Under the pieces are notes generated by a model. The model ran no database searches. It saw nothing but the letters and a program-made list of their open reading frames with translations, and was not told the origin of the DNA. Both the position numbers and the translations under genes were made by a program. Below, in pieces: positions 1 to 7,997 of a stretch of 64,000 nt of DNA. The number at the start of each line of letters is the position of its first letter. Within the stretch, counting starts at the first letter, position 1. The stretch is from assembly GCA_964291285.2 (NCBI GenBank), contig OZ219788.1, positions 128,001-192,000 on the forward strand. The letters are read 5' to 3'. This DNA is from Alphaproteobacteria bacterium (GTDB lineage: Bacteria; Pseudomonadota; Alphaproteobacteria; Bin95).

Positions 1-149
1 TCGGCGACACCGCGCATGACCGACTCTTCGGGCGCGTGCGCGGAGGTCAGGACCTTCCCGACCCGGATGGCGCCGCCGGCATCACTGACCAGCGCGAAGT
101 CGGAAAAAGTCCCGCCGATGTCGATGCCGAGGCGATAGCTGGCGGTCAT
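1..149 (-). CDS. Hydantoinase/oxoprolinase family protein, N-terminal part (runs off window)
   Basis: Manual translation from ATG at 149: MTASYRLGIDIGGTFSDFALVSDAGGAIRVGKVLTSAHAPEESV, containing the GIDIGGTFxD family motif. Confidence 0.85.
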   Translation of the reverse strand, partial: MTASYRLGIDIGGTFSDFALVSDAGGAIRVGKVLTSAHAPEESVMRGVA

Positions 150-304
150 ATGGCGGGTCCCGAGGTTCACGGCATCCGGGGCAGTGCGCCGCCGGCAATT
201 TGCCCGGCATTCGACTGTAGCAACGCAGCGTCTGTCCGGACAAGCAAGTCGATCGTTCATAAAAATTAAGCAATAATTCTCTTAAGGGGATTGTATTTTC
301 AGAA

Positions 305-515
305 ATTGTGGTATGATGGGTGCGAGGGAGGAGGCATCCGGAGCCGCTTCCCGCCCGCGCCGGCCCGGCGCGGAACGACCCCGATTCAGCCGACAGGCGA
401 AGTGCGTCCTGCGCCTGCCTCGCGCCCGCGCAATCAGGCGCGCGAACCGCGCCGGCGCCGACACCCGCCCGCGCCCGCACGCGATACGCGCGAAACAGGG
501 TCGCTCCCCGACGGG
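305..515 (+). repeat. Left copy of a diverged inverted repeat (promoter plus leader); partner at ~12090-12320
   Basis: Blocks identical to the reverse complement of the right copy: ATTGTGGTATGATGG (305-319 vs 12306-12320), TCCGGAGCCGC (337-347 vs 12278-12288) and the 28-bp CGCGCAATCAGGCGCGCGAACCGCGCCG (427-454 vs 12165-12192). Confidence 0.85.
309..317 (+). promoter_or_regulatory. Putative extended -10 promoter TGgTATGAT
   Basis: TGn+TATGAT at the edge of an AT-rich tract; conserved in the inverted copy at 12308-12316. Confidence 0.5.
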
Positions 516-616
516 GCGGCGCTGCCCGTCAACGCCGCCCTCCCGGCCCGGCGCGGTCCCGTACCGCTGCCGGGCCTGCCTGTCGAACGCCAGCGGAACG
601 AAAGGACCCGCACCCC

Positions 617-1606
617 ATGCCCGTCATCGAGCCCGCCGTCGCGCTTTCCACCCGCCAGGAAGCCTTCTGCCGCCACTACACCGCCTCCGGCAATGCCGCA
701 CACGCCGCAAGGCAGGCCGGATATTCGGAGCGCTCCGCCCGCCAGACCGGATGCGCCCTGCTGGAGCGGCCCTGGATCGTCGAGCGCGTGCGCCGCATCC
801 GCCTGTCGTGGCGGCGCACCGAACGCAACGAGGCCCGCATCCTGCTCGCCCGCTCGGAGCAGGCCTGGGACGCCGCCGTCGCCAGCGGCTCGGCCTACAT
901 GATGCTGCGGGTGCTGCGCTTCCAGGCCGAGATCGCCGGGCTTGTCAGTCCGGCCGGCGCGAACCGGGCCCGCCTCTGGCCGCTGCCGCACGAGGACGAG
1001 TTCGGCGAGATCGAAGCGGGCGAGGCGCAGGAGACCGGCACCGAGCCCGGACCGCTCGCAGACGCCGTGCGCCGGGGGCGGGACCGGGCCGAACGAGCGC
1101 TCGCCCGCCACTGCGAGCGGCGCGAGGAGATGGAGGCGCAGGAGGGCTTCGACGGGGCCGCGCATGAGGAGGCCGCCCGCAGGCTCGCCGCGGCCGTCGA
1201 GGAGCGCACCCGCCTGCCCTTCGGCTTCGGCCCCCCGCCCGCGCCGGCAAACGACCTGCCGCCGGCCGACGACCCGCCCGAGGAAACCTACGAATACTGC
1301 CCCTGGGCCGCTGCCGACACGCCCGGCCACGAGGACAGCACCGACGACGACCGGGCCGACGGCGCCGAACATGACTGGCTCTACCAGCGCCGCAACGGCT
1401 ACGACGACATCTACGACCCCTGGGCCCCGGAGGAAGTCGAGGAGCGCAGGCAGAGCCGCCTCGAACGGGAAGAGCGGGGCGGCGACGAAGACGACGATTG
1501 GAGCGGACCGGCGGCGAGGGGGAAGAAGCAGAAAAAGAAGAAGGGGAAGAAGCGGAGGACCGGCCCGGAGAACGCCGGTTCCGCCCCGGACCATGACAAA
1601 ACATGA
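617..1606 (+). CDS. Terminase small subunit-like (HTH) protein with long acidic/basic disordered tail
   Basis: SD-like AAAGGA at 601-606; LSTRQEAFCRHYTASGNAAHAARQAGYSERSARQTGCALLERPWI matches the Terminase_2 N-terminal pattern (F...Y...NA..AA..AGYS...A...G..LL..P.I). Confidence 0.7.
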   Translation: MPVIEPAVALSTRQEAFCRHYTASGNAAHAARQAGYSERSARQTGCALLERPWIVERVRRIRLSWRRTERNEARILLARSEQAWDAAVASGSAYMMLRVLRFQAEIAGLVSPAGANRARLWPLPHEDEFGEIEAGEAQETGTEPGPLADAVRRGRDRAERALARHCERREEMEAQEGFDGAAHEEAARRLAAAVEERTRLPFGFGPPPAPANDLPPADDPPEETYEYCPWAAADTPGHEDSTDDDRADGAEHDWLYQRRNGYDDIYDPWAPEEVEERRQSRLEREERGGDEDDDWSGPAARGKKQKKKKGKKRRTGPENAGSAPDHDKT

Positions 1607-1618
1607 CATTCCATGACA
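1592..1618 (+). repeat. Three CATGACA direct repeats at 10-bp period
   Basis: CATGACA at 1592, 1602 and 1612, overlapping the stop codon of the TerS-like gene. Confidence 0.9.
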
Positions 1619-1676
1619 CGGCGCGGGGAGTCCCGCCGACCGTCGGGGCCTTGCCGGGCCGGCGGAAACGGGCCAA

Positions 1677-2510
1677 TTGGCCGGACCGCGCGAACGCGCC
1701 GACCGCCGGGGAGCGCCGCCCTTGCCGATTCCGTCCATCCGCCGCCGCCTGTCCGGGCTCGCCGCCGGCTTTGCGTTCGTCCTGGGCCTCACCGCGCCCG
1801 GCTTCGGCGCGGACGGGCTGACGGTGTTCGCCGCGGCCAGCCTGAAGAACGCGATGGACGAGGTCGCCGCCGGGTTCGAGCGGGAGACCGGCCATGCCGT
1901 CACGGTCTCGCTTGCCGGCTCCTCCGCGCTCGCCCGCCAGATCCGGTACGGCGCGCCGGCGGACGTCTTCATTTCCGCCAATCCCGGCTGGATGGACGCG
2001 CTGGAGCGGGAAGGCCTCATCGACCCGGCAAGCCGCTTCGACCTGCTGGGCAACGCCCTCGTGCTGGTCGCCCACGGCCGGGACGCGCCGCCGGTGGAGA
2101 TCGCGCCGGGCATGGATATCGCCGCCATGCTTGGCGAGGGCCGCCTCGCCATGACGCTCGTGGACGCGGTGCCCGCCGGGATCTACGGCAAGGCGGCGCT
2201 GGAGTCGCTGGGCGTCTGGGAGGCCGCCGCGCCGAAGGTGGCGCAGGCGGACAATGTGCGCGCGGCGCTGGCGCTGGTCGCTTCCGGCGAGGCGCCGTTC
2301 GGGATCGTCTATGCCACCGACGCCGCGGCCGACGACAATGTGACCGTCGCCGGCGCCTTCCCGGCGGACACGCACCCGCCCATCGTCTATCCCGCCGCCG
2401 CCGTGGCCGCGAGCCGCAATCCGCTCAACCGGCGCTTCCTGGCCTGGCTTCGCGGCCCGGCCGCGCGGGCGGCATTCGAGCGGCAAGGCTTTGCCGTCGC
2501 CTTCGAGTAG
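1677..2510 (+). CDS. modA: Molybdate ABC transporter substrate-binding protein (start uncertain)
   Basis: Signal peptide, VFAAASL, AGSSALARQI..GAPADVFISA and VPAGIYG motifs; upstream of modB. Confidence 0.93.
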   Translation: MAGPRERADRRGAPPLPIPSIRRRLSGLAAGFAFVLGLTAPGFGADGLTVFAAASLKNAMDEVAAGFERETGHAVTVSLAGSSALARQIRYGAPADVFISANPGWMDALEREGLIDPASRFDLLGNALVLVAHGRDAPPVEIAPGMDIAAMLGEGRLAMTLVDAVPAGIYGKAALESLGVWEAAAPKVAQADNVRAALALVASGEAPFGIVYATDAAADDNVTVAGAFPADTHPPIVYPAAAVAASRNPLNRRFLAWLRGPAARAAFERQGFAVAFE

Positions 2511-2519
2511 AATTGCCCC

Positions 2520-3212
2520 ATGGACTGGTTGAGCCCCGAGGAGTGGCAGGCGGTCGCACTGTCCCTGCGCGTCGCCTTCTGGGCAACGCTCGCGAGCCTG
2601 CCGCCCGGCGTGCTGGCCGCCTATGCGCTCGCGCGCTGGCGGTTCCCGGGCCGGCAACTCCTGAACGGGCTGGTGCATCTGCCGCTCATCCTGCCTCCGG
2701 TGGCGACGGGCTACCTGCTGCTGCTGGCGTTCGGGACGCGCGGCCCGCTCGGCAGCCTCCTGGAAGACGTCGGCATCGTCTTCGCCTTCCGCTGGACGGG
2801 CGCGGCGCTGGCGGCGGCGGTCATGGCGTTCCCGCTCATGGTCCGCGCCATCCGCCTTTCCATAGAGGCGGTGGACCCCAAACTCGAACAGGCGGGCGCG
2901 ACGCTCGGCGCCTCGGGCCCTTGGGTCTTCACGACGGTGACCCTGCCGCTGGTGCTGCCGGGCATCGTCGCGGGCACGATCCTCGCCTTCGCCAAGGCGA
3001 TGGGCGAGTTCGGCGCGACGATCACCTTCGTCTCGAACATTCCCGGCCAGACGCAGACCCTGCCGACGGCGATCTACACCTTCCTCCAGGTGCCGGGCGG
3101 CGAGGCGTCCGCGCTCCGCCTTGTGGTCATCGCCATCGTGGTCTCCATGGCCGCGCTGCTGCTCTCCGAGCTCGTCGCGCGGCGCGTGGCGAGACGGGTG
3201 GCCGGCGCATGA
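2520..3212 (+). CDS. modB: Molybdate ABC transporter permease
   Basis: HLPLILPPV, GEFGATITF..NIPGQTQTLP motifs. Confidence 0.95.
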   Translation: MDWLSPEEWQAVALSLRVAFWATLASLPPGVLAAYALARWRFPGRQLLNGLVHLPLILPPVATGYLLLLAFGTRGPLGSLLEDVGIVFAFRWTGAALAAAVMAFPLMVRAIRLSIEAVDPKLEQAGATLGASGPWVFTTVTLPLVLPGIVAGTILAFAKAMGEFGATITFVSNIPGQTQTLPTAIYTFLQVPGGEASALRLVVIAIVVSMAALLLSELVARRVARRVAGA

Positions 3213-4294
3213 CGCTCTCCGTCGCCATCCGCCACGCCTTCCCCGGCTTCGAGCTCGACATTTCCTTCGAGGCGCCGCCGGGCGTGACCGTGCTGTTCGG
3301 CCGCTCCGGCTCCGGCAAGACGACGACCGTCAACGCCGTCGCAGGGCTGCTGAGGCCGAAAGCCGGGCGCGCGGTCGCGGACGGCTGGGTGCTGTTCGAC
3401 ACGGAGCGCGGCGCATGGCTGGCGCCCCACCGCCGCCGGCTCGGCTACATCTTCCAGGAAGGGCGGCTCTTTCCGCATCTCACCGTGCGCCAGAACCTGC
3501 TCTACGGGCGCTGGTTCGCGGCGAAGGGCGGCCCGGCCGAGGACATGGGGCGCATCGTCGACATGCTCGGTATCGGGCACCTGCTGGGCCGCCGCCCCGG
3601 AGCGCTGTCGAGCGGGGAAAAGCAGCGGGTCGCCATCGGGCGCGCCCTGCTCGCGAGCCCCCGGCTCATTCTCGCCGACGAGCCGCTGGCCTCGCTTGAC
3701 GAAGCGCGCAAGGCCGAAATCCTGCCCTATTTCGAGCGCTTGCGCGACGAGGTGTCGGTGCCGGTCCTCTATGTCAGCCATTCGGCGGCGGAGGTGGCAC
3801 GGCTTGCAACCACGGTAATCGCGCTCCGGGACGGGCGCGTGCTGCGCCAGGGGCCGGCGGTCGAGGTGCTGGGCGACCCGACGGTCACGCCGCTCGGCGC
3901 GCGCGGTGCGGGCGCGGTGCTCGAAGCGGCCGTCGTGCGCCACCACGCCGACGGACTGTCGGAGATCGAGGCGGGCGGCGTGCGCCTGTTCCTGCCGAGA
4001 GTGCCGCATGCGCCCGGCAGCCGGATCCGGGTCCGGATCGCGGCGCATGAGGTGCTGTTGTCGCGAAAGGAGCCGGAAGGACTGTCGGCGCTGAACATCC
4101 TGCCGGGCACGGTCGAATCGGTCCGGGCGGGCGAGGGGCCGGGCGCCATCGTCTCCGTGCGCACGGCGGCCGGCACGATCCTCTCCCGTTCGACCCGCCG
4201 GTCAACGGAAGCCCTGGGGCTGGCGGAGGGCATGTCCTGCCATGCCGTCATCAAGACCGTCGCCATTGCCCCGGAGGGCGTGGGCGGTGCCTGA
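3209..4294 (+). CDS. modC: Molybdate ABC transporter ATP-binding protein
   Basis: ATGA overlap with modB; Walker A GRSGSGKT, GYIFQEGRLFPHL, C-terminal TOBE/Mop domain (LSALNIL...AVIKTVA). Confidence 0.95.
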   Translation: MTLSVAIRHAFPGFELDISFEAPPGVTVLFGRSGSGKTTTVNAVAGLLRPKAGRAVADGWVLFDTERGAWLAPHRRRLGYIFQEGRLFPHLTVRQNLLYGRWFAAKGGPAEDMGRIVDMLGIGHLLGRRPGALSSGEKQRVAIGRALLASPRLILADEPLASLDEARKAEILPYFERLRDEVSVPVLYVSHSAAEVARLATTVIALRDGRVLRQGPAVEVLGDPTVTPLGARGAGAVLEAAVVRHHADGLSEIEAGGVRLFLPRVPHAPGSRIRVRIAAHEVLLSRKEPEGLSALNILPGTVESVRAGEGPGAIVSVRTAAGTILSRSTRRSTEALGLAEGMSCHAVIKTVAIAPEGVGGA

Positions 4295-4313
4295 GCCGCA
4301 GCGCTCCCGCGAG

Positions 4314-5453
4314 CTATCCGCCGCTATGCGTGGAACCGGGCCGCTGCCTGCGCCGGATATAGACACGCATTCCTTCTGCGGCCAGGCCCGCGATCAGGCC
4401 CGCCAGCGCGCCCAGGAACACCGTCGCGAGCGCGGCCGCGGCGATGACGGGCCGGCAATCCGGGCGGGCGTCGAGCAGCCGCGGGCTCAGGATCAGGTCG
4501 GCCGCCGCATAGATCAGGAGCGCGCCGACGACTGCCGGCGGTATCGACATGAGCAACCCGACGATCTCCGGCCCCATCGCGACGACGGTGCCGCAGGCAA
4601 CCGCCATGATCAGCGGCGCACCGATGCCGCGCGCGCCGAACCTTCTGTGCGCGGCGATGCCGCCGGCCCCGTGGCACATCGGCATGGCGCCCAGCGGCGC
4701 GAGCAGGAGGTTCATCAGTCCGTTCGTCGCCGCGAGCCTCCGTTCGCTCACCCGTGCGGCCCGGTCGGGATAGAGCGAACGGGCGACCGCGGCGGCAACC
4801 ACCACGGCGTTGAGCAGGGTGAGCGGCAGTTGCGCAAGCACGCCCGAAAGCACCGCATGGACGGTGTCGATGCCGCCGGCCGGCGCCGCCGGAGCCATCG
4901 GCGGCCCTGCATGGGGAACCAGCAGCACGGCGCCTATGACGACAAGCGGAACCCACGGCCCTCGCGGCAGAAGGAGGGCGAGCGAGAGCACGGCCAGCGA
5001 AGCCAGGGCCATCACCCAGTCATGGCCCATCAGGCCGAAGGCCACCGTTCCCAGCATCAGGCCGAGCCCCGCCTGAAGGCCCGTGACCACCGACTGGGGT
5101 ATCGCGCGGGTCGCCTTTTCGAACGACGGGACGGCCGCGAGCAGGAGGAGGACCGCCCCGACGATGCCGCCCGCCCAGGCGGTTTCGGCCGCGGTGAGGC
5201 CGCCCGCAATGATGACCGCCCCGAGAGCCTTCATGGGCTGGACGGATACAGGCATGCGATAGACGGCGGCGACCAGGACATATCCGGCCGCGAAGCCGGC
5301 GAAAACCGGAGTCGGTGCGAGAATGCCCGCGCCCACCGCGGCCACGACATAGGGCAGGAAGGTGCCGAGATCGCCGAAGGCGCCCGACAGCTCCCCGCTG
5401 GCCGAGCGCAGGCGCTCCAGGCGCCCGACGTCTTGTGCTCCGAACCCAGGCAT
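4314..5453 (-). CDS. MOT1-family molybdate (sulfate/molybdate) transporter
   Basis: ELSGAFGDLGTFLP, VQPMKA and MPMCHGAGG motifs of MFS_MOT1; hydrophobic. Confidence 0.88.
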   Translation of the reverse strand: MPGFGAQDVGRLERLRSASGELSGAFGDLGTFLPYVVAAVGAGILAPTPVFAGFAAGYVLVAAVYRMPVSVQPMKALGAVIIAGGLTAAETAWAGGIVGAVLLLLAAVPSFEKATRAIPQSVVTGLQAGLGLMLGTVAFGLMGHDWVMALASLAVLSLALLLPRGPWVPLVVIGAVLLVPHAGPPMAPAAPAGGIDTVHAVLSGVLAQLPLTLLNAVVVAAAVARSLYPDRAARVSERRLAATNGLMNLLLAPLGAMPMCHGAGGIAAHRRFGARGIGAPLIMAVACGTVVAMGPEIVGLLMSIPPAVVGALLIYAAADLILSPRLLDARPDCRPVIAAAALATVFLGALAGLIAGLAAEGMRVYIRRRQRPGSTHSGG

Positions 5454-5588
5454 TCTCGTTATCTTGTTGTTTTTGCGCCTGTCCCGCACCCAAGCCTACA
5501 GGCGCGCGACGCCCTGCGAAAGGCCGAACGGACGCCGCCGCAAAACCAGGAAGTTCCTGCTGATTTTGTCGATTTAATGCTCTTTTTA

Positions 5589-5620
5589 TGCAATTCTTCC
5601 GAATCGTGGGAGGAATTGCA
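5589..5620. promoter_or_regulatory. Imperfect inverted repeat overlapping the tupB RBS
   Basis: TGCAATTCTTCC-N8-GGAGGAATTGCA in the AT-rich divergent MOT1/tupB intergenic region. Confidence 0.5.
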
Positions 5621-5622
5621 GG

Positions 5623-6330
5623 GTGGAAAGCTTCTGGAGGATACTCGGAGAGGCGGTCAGCCTGATTCTCGCCTGGGACTCCGACCTCATCGAAATCGTC
5701 GGCCTGTCGCTTCGCGTCACGCTGAGCGCCGTCGCCATTTCCTGCCTCATCGGCCTGCCGCTCGGCGCGGCGGTGGGCGCCTTCCGCTTTCCGGGCCGGA
5801 CAGCGGTCATCGTCGTGCTGAATTCGCTGATGGGCCTGCCGCCCGTCGTGGTGGGACTGATCGCCTATCTGATGCTGTCGGCCGCCGGGCCGCTCGGCCC
5901 GCTGGAGCTGCTCTACACGCCTGCGGCCATGATTATCGCCCAGACGATCCTCGTCACGCCCATCGTGGCGGCCTTGAGCCGGCAGGTGGTGGAGGACTGC
6001 TACCGCGAATATGCCGAGCAGTTCGACTCGCTCGGCGTCGGCCCCTTCGACCGGGTCGCCGCCCTCCTGTGGGACGCCCGCTACAGCCTGCTCACCGTAG
6101 CGCTCGCCGGTTTCGGCCGCGCGGTGGCGGAGGTGGGCGCCGTCATCATCGTCGGCGGCAACATCAACCATGTCACGCGCGTGATGACCACGACGATTGC
6201 GCTCGAGACCTCGAAGGGCAATCTCGAACTGGCGCTGGCGCTCGGCGTCGTGCTTCTCGCCATTGCCGTGACGGTAAACGGGGCCGTCATGACGCTCCGG
6301 GCCTCGGCGGTCCGGATGGCCTATGCCTGA
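5623..6330 (+). CDS. tupB: Tungstate ABC transporter permease
   Basis: LNSLMGLPPVVVGL, GFGRAVAEVGAVIIVGGNI..VTRVMTTTIALETSKG motifs. Confidence 0.92.
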   Translation: MESFWRILGEAVSLILAWDSDLIEIVGLSLRVTLSAVAISCLIGLPLGAAVGAFRFPGRTAVIVVLNSLMGLPPVVVGLIAYLMLSAAGPLGPLELLYTPAAMIIAQTILVTPIVAALSRQVVEDCYREYAEQFDSLGVGPFDRVAALLWDARYSLLTVALAGFGRAVAEVGAVIIVGGNINHVTRVMTTTIALETSKGNLELALALGVVLLAIAVTVNGAVMTLRASAVRMAYA

Positions 6331-7114
6331 GGCGGCGTTCCATGTGGCCGCGCCGGTGCTCCCGGTAACAGCGGATGCTCCGGCTCTGCTGAGCGCGCGG
6401 GGCCTCTGCTTCGATGCCGGCGGCAAGCGGCTGATCGACGGGATCGATATCGATATCCGCCCCGGCAGGCGGACGGTGGTGATGGGGGCCAACGGCGCCG
6501 GCAAGAGCCTGCTGCTGCGCCTTCTGCACGGCCTGATCCGGCCGACGGCGGGCGAAGTGCTGTGGCAGGGACGCCCGCTCGACCGGGACGGCCGCCTCGC
6601 GCAGGCGATGGTGTTCCAGCGCCCGGTGCTGCTGCGCCGTTCGGTGCTCGCCAACCTCCGCTTCGCGCTTTCCGTGCGCGGCCTCTCGGGACCGGAGCGC
6701 GCGGCGCGGGAGGCCGAAGCGATGGAGCGCTCCCGCCTCGGCGGTCTGGCGGACCGGCCGGCGCGCGTACTCTCCGGCGGCGAACAGCAGCGGCTTGCGG
6801 TCGTGCGCGCGCTCGCCTGCGCGCCGGGCCTGCTGTTCCTCGACGAACCGACGGCCAGCCTCGATCCGGGTTCGACCCACGCCATCGAGCGACTGGTCCG
6901 GGAAGCTCATGAAAGCGGCGTCGCCATCGTGCTCGTCACGCATGACACCGGCCAGGCGCGGCGCCTCGGCGACGATCTGGTGTTCCTGCATCGGGGGCGG
7001 GTCGTGGAGACGGGATCCGCGCCGGATGTGCTGAATGCGCCGCGCTCCGAAGCCGCCCGCGCCTGGCTCGAGGGCCGCCTCTATCTCGACGCCCCCTCCG
7101 CACCCAGGGGCTGA
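6323..7114 (+). CDS. tupC: Tungstate ABC transporter ATP-binding protein
   Basis: GANGAGKS, MVFQRPVLLRRSV, LSGGEQQR, DEPT; lies between tupB and tupA. Confidence 0.88.
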   Translation: MPEAAFHVAAPVLPVTADAPALLSARGLCFDAGGKRLIDGIDIDIRPGRRTVVMGANGAGKSLLLRLLHGLIRPTAGEVLWQGRPLDRDGRLAQAMVFQRPVLLRRSVLANLRFALSVRGLSGPERAAREAEAMERSRLGGLADRPARVLSGGEQQRLAVVRALACAPGLLFLDEPTASLDPGSTHAIERLVREAHESGVAIVLVTHDTGQARRLGDDLVFLHRGRVVETGSAPDVLNAPRSEAARAWLEGRLYLDAPSAPRG

Positions 7115-7133
7115 GCCCGGATCGAAGCGCGAG

Positions 7134-7958
7134 ATGGCCAGACGCATTCTCCTTTCCCTCGCCGCCATTGCGTTCATCTCCCTGAGCCTGATCCATCCGG
7201 CTGCGGCCGACCGCTTCATCATCGTCCAGTCCACCACCTCGACCCAGAACTCCGGCCTCTACGACCACATCCTGCCGCTGTTCCGGGAGCGGACCGGCAT
7301 CGAGGTGCGGGTCGTCGCGGTCGGCACCGGCCAGGCGCTTCGGAACGCCGCCAATGGCGACGGCGATGTGCTCCTCGTCCACGCCAGGTCCGACGAGGAA
7401 CGCTTCGTTTCCGACGGACACGGCATCAGCCGCGCCGATCTCATGTACAACGACTTCGTCATCGTCGGGCCTGCCGCCGACCCCGCGGGCGTGGCAGGCA
7501 TGGAGGACGCCGTGGCGGCGCTGGCCCTGATAGCGGAGGCGGAAGCGCCCTTCGTCTCGCGCGGCGACGACAGCGGCACGCACAAGGTCGAGCTCGAACT
7601 CTGGGAGGAGGCGGGCGTCGATGTCGGAGCCGCTTCGGGAGGCTGGTATCGCGAGACGGGTTCGGGCATGGGCGCGGCGCTCAACACCGCCAGCGGCATG
7701 GGCGCCTATGCGATGACCGACCGCGCCACCTGGACGGGCTTCGCCAACAGGAACGGCCAGCGGATTCTGGTCGAGGGCGATCCGAGGCTCTTCAACCAGT
7801 ACGGCATCGTGCTGGTGAATCCCGAACGGCACCCGAACGTGAAAGCCGGCCTCGGCCGGCTGTTCGTCGACTGGGTGCTCTCCGAGGAAGGACAGGCGGC
7901 CATCGCGTCCTACAGGGTGGACGGCCAGCAGGTCTTCTTTCCGAACGCCGGCGGTTGA
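7134..7958 (+). CDS. tupA: Tungstate ABC transporter substrate-binding protein
   Basis: Signal peptide; STTSTQNSGL, GTGQAL, MYNDFVIVGP and SRGDDSGTH motifs. Confidence 0.92.
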   Translation: MARRILLSLAAIAFISLSLIHPAAADRFIIVQSTTSTQNSGLYDHILPLFRERTGIEVRVVAVGTGQALRNAANGDGDVLLVHARSDEERFVSDGHGISRADLMYNDFVIVGPAADPAGVAGMEDAVAALALIAEAEAPFVSRGDDSGTHKVELELWEEAGVDVGAASGGWYRETGSGMGAALNTASGMGAYAMTDRATWTGFANRNGQRILVEGDPRLFNQYGIVLVNPERHPNVKAGLGRLFVDWVLSEEGQAAIASYRVDGQQVFFPNAGG

Positions 7959-7997
7959 TGGATGCGAGCGGCCCTTTGCTGCCATAAGGAATGCGGC

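Noticed and set aside
291-902. ORFs 291..902 (+) and 11948..12688 (-) share peptides (LWYDG, RSR.P, TG.VRP, RNQAREPRRR)
   Set aside because: The similarity follows from the DNA repeat. The identical blocks show no synonymous variation, the ORFs run through the -10 element, and both overlap real genes, so non-coding conservation is more likely.
1592-1618. CATGACA arrays as CRISPR or iteron origin
   Set aside because: The units are only 7 bp with 3-bp spacers, and no cas or rep gene is in the window.
1620-1720. ModE box or Moco riboswitch upstream of modA or tupB
   Set aside because: No TATAT-N7-TAYAT-like dyad and no recognisable Moco-RNA motif by eye; a covariance-model search is needed to exclude it formally.
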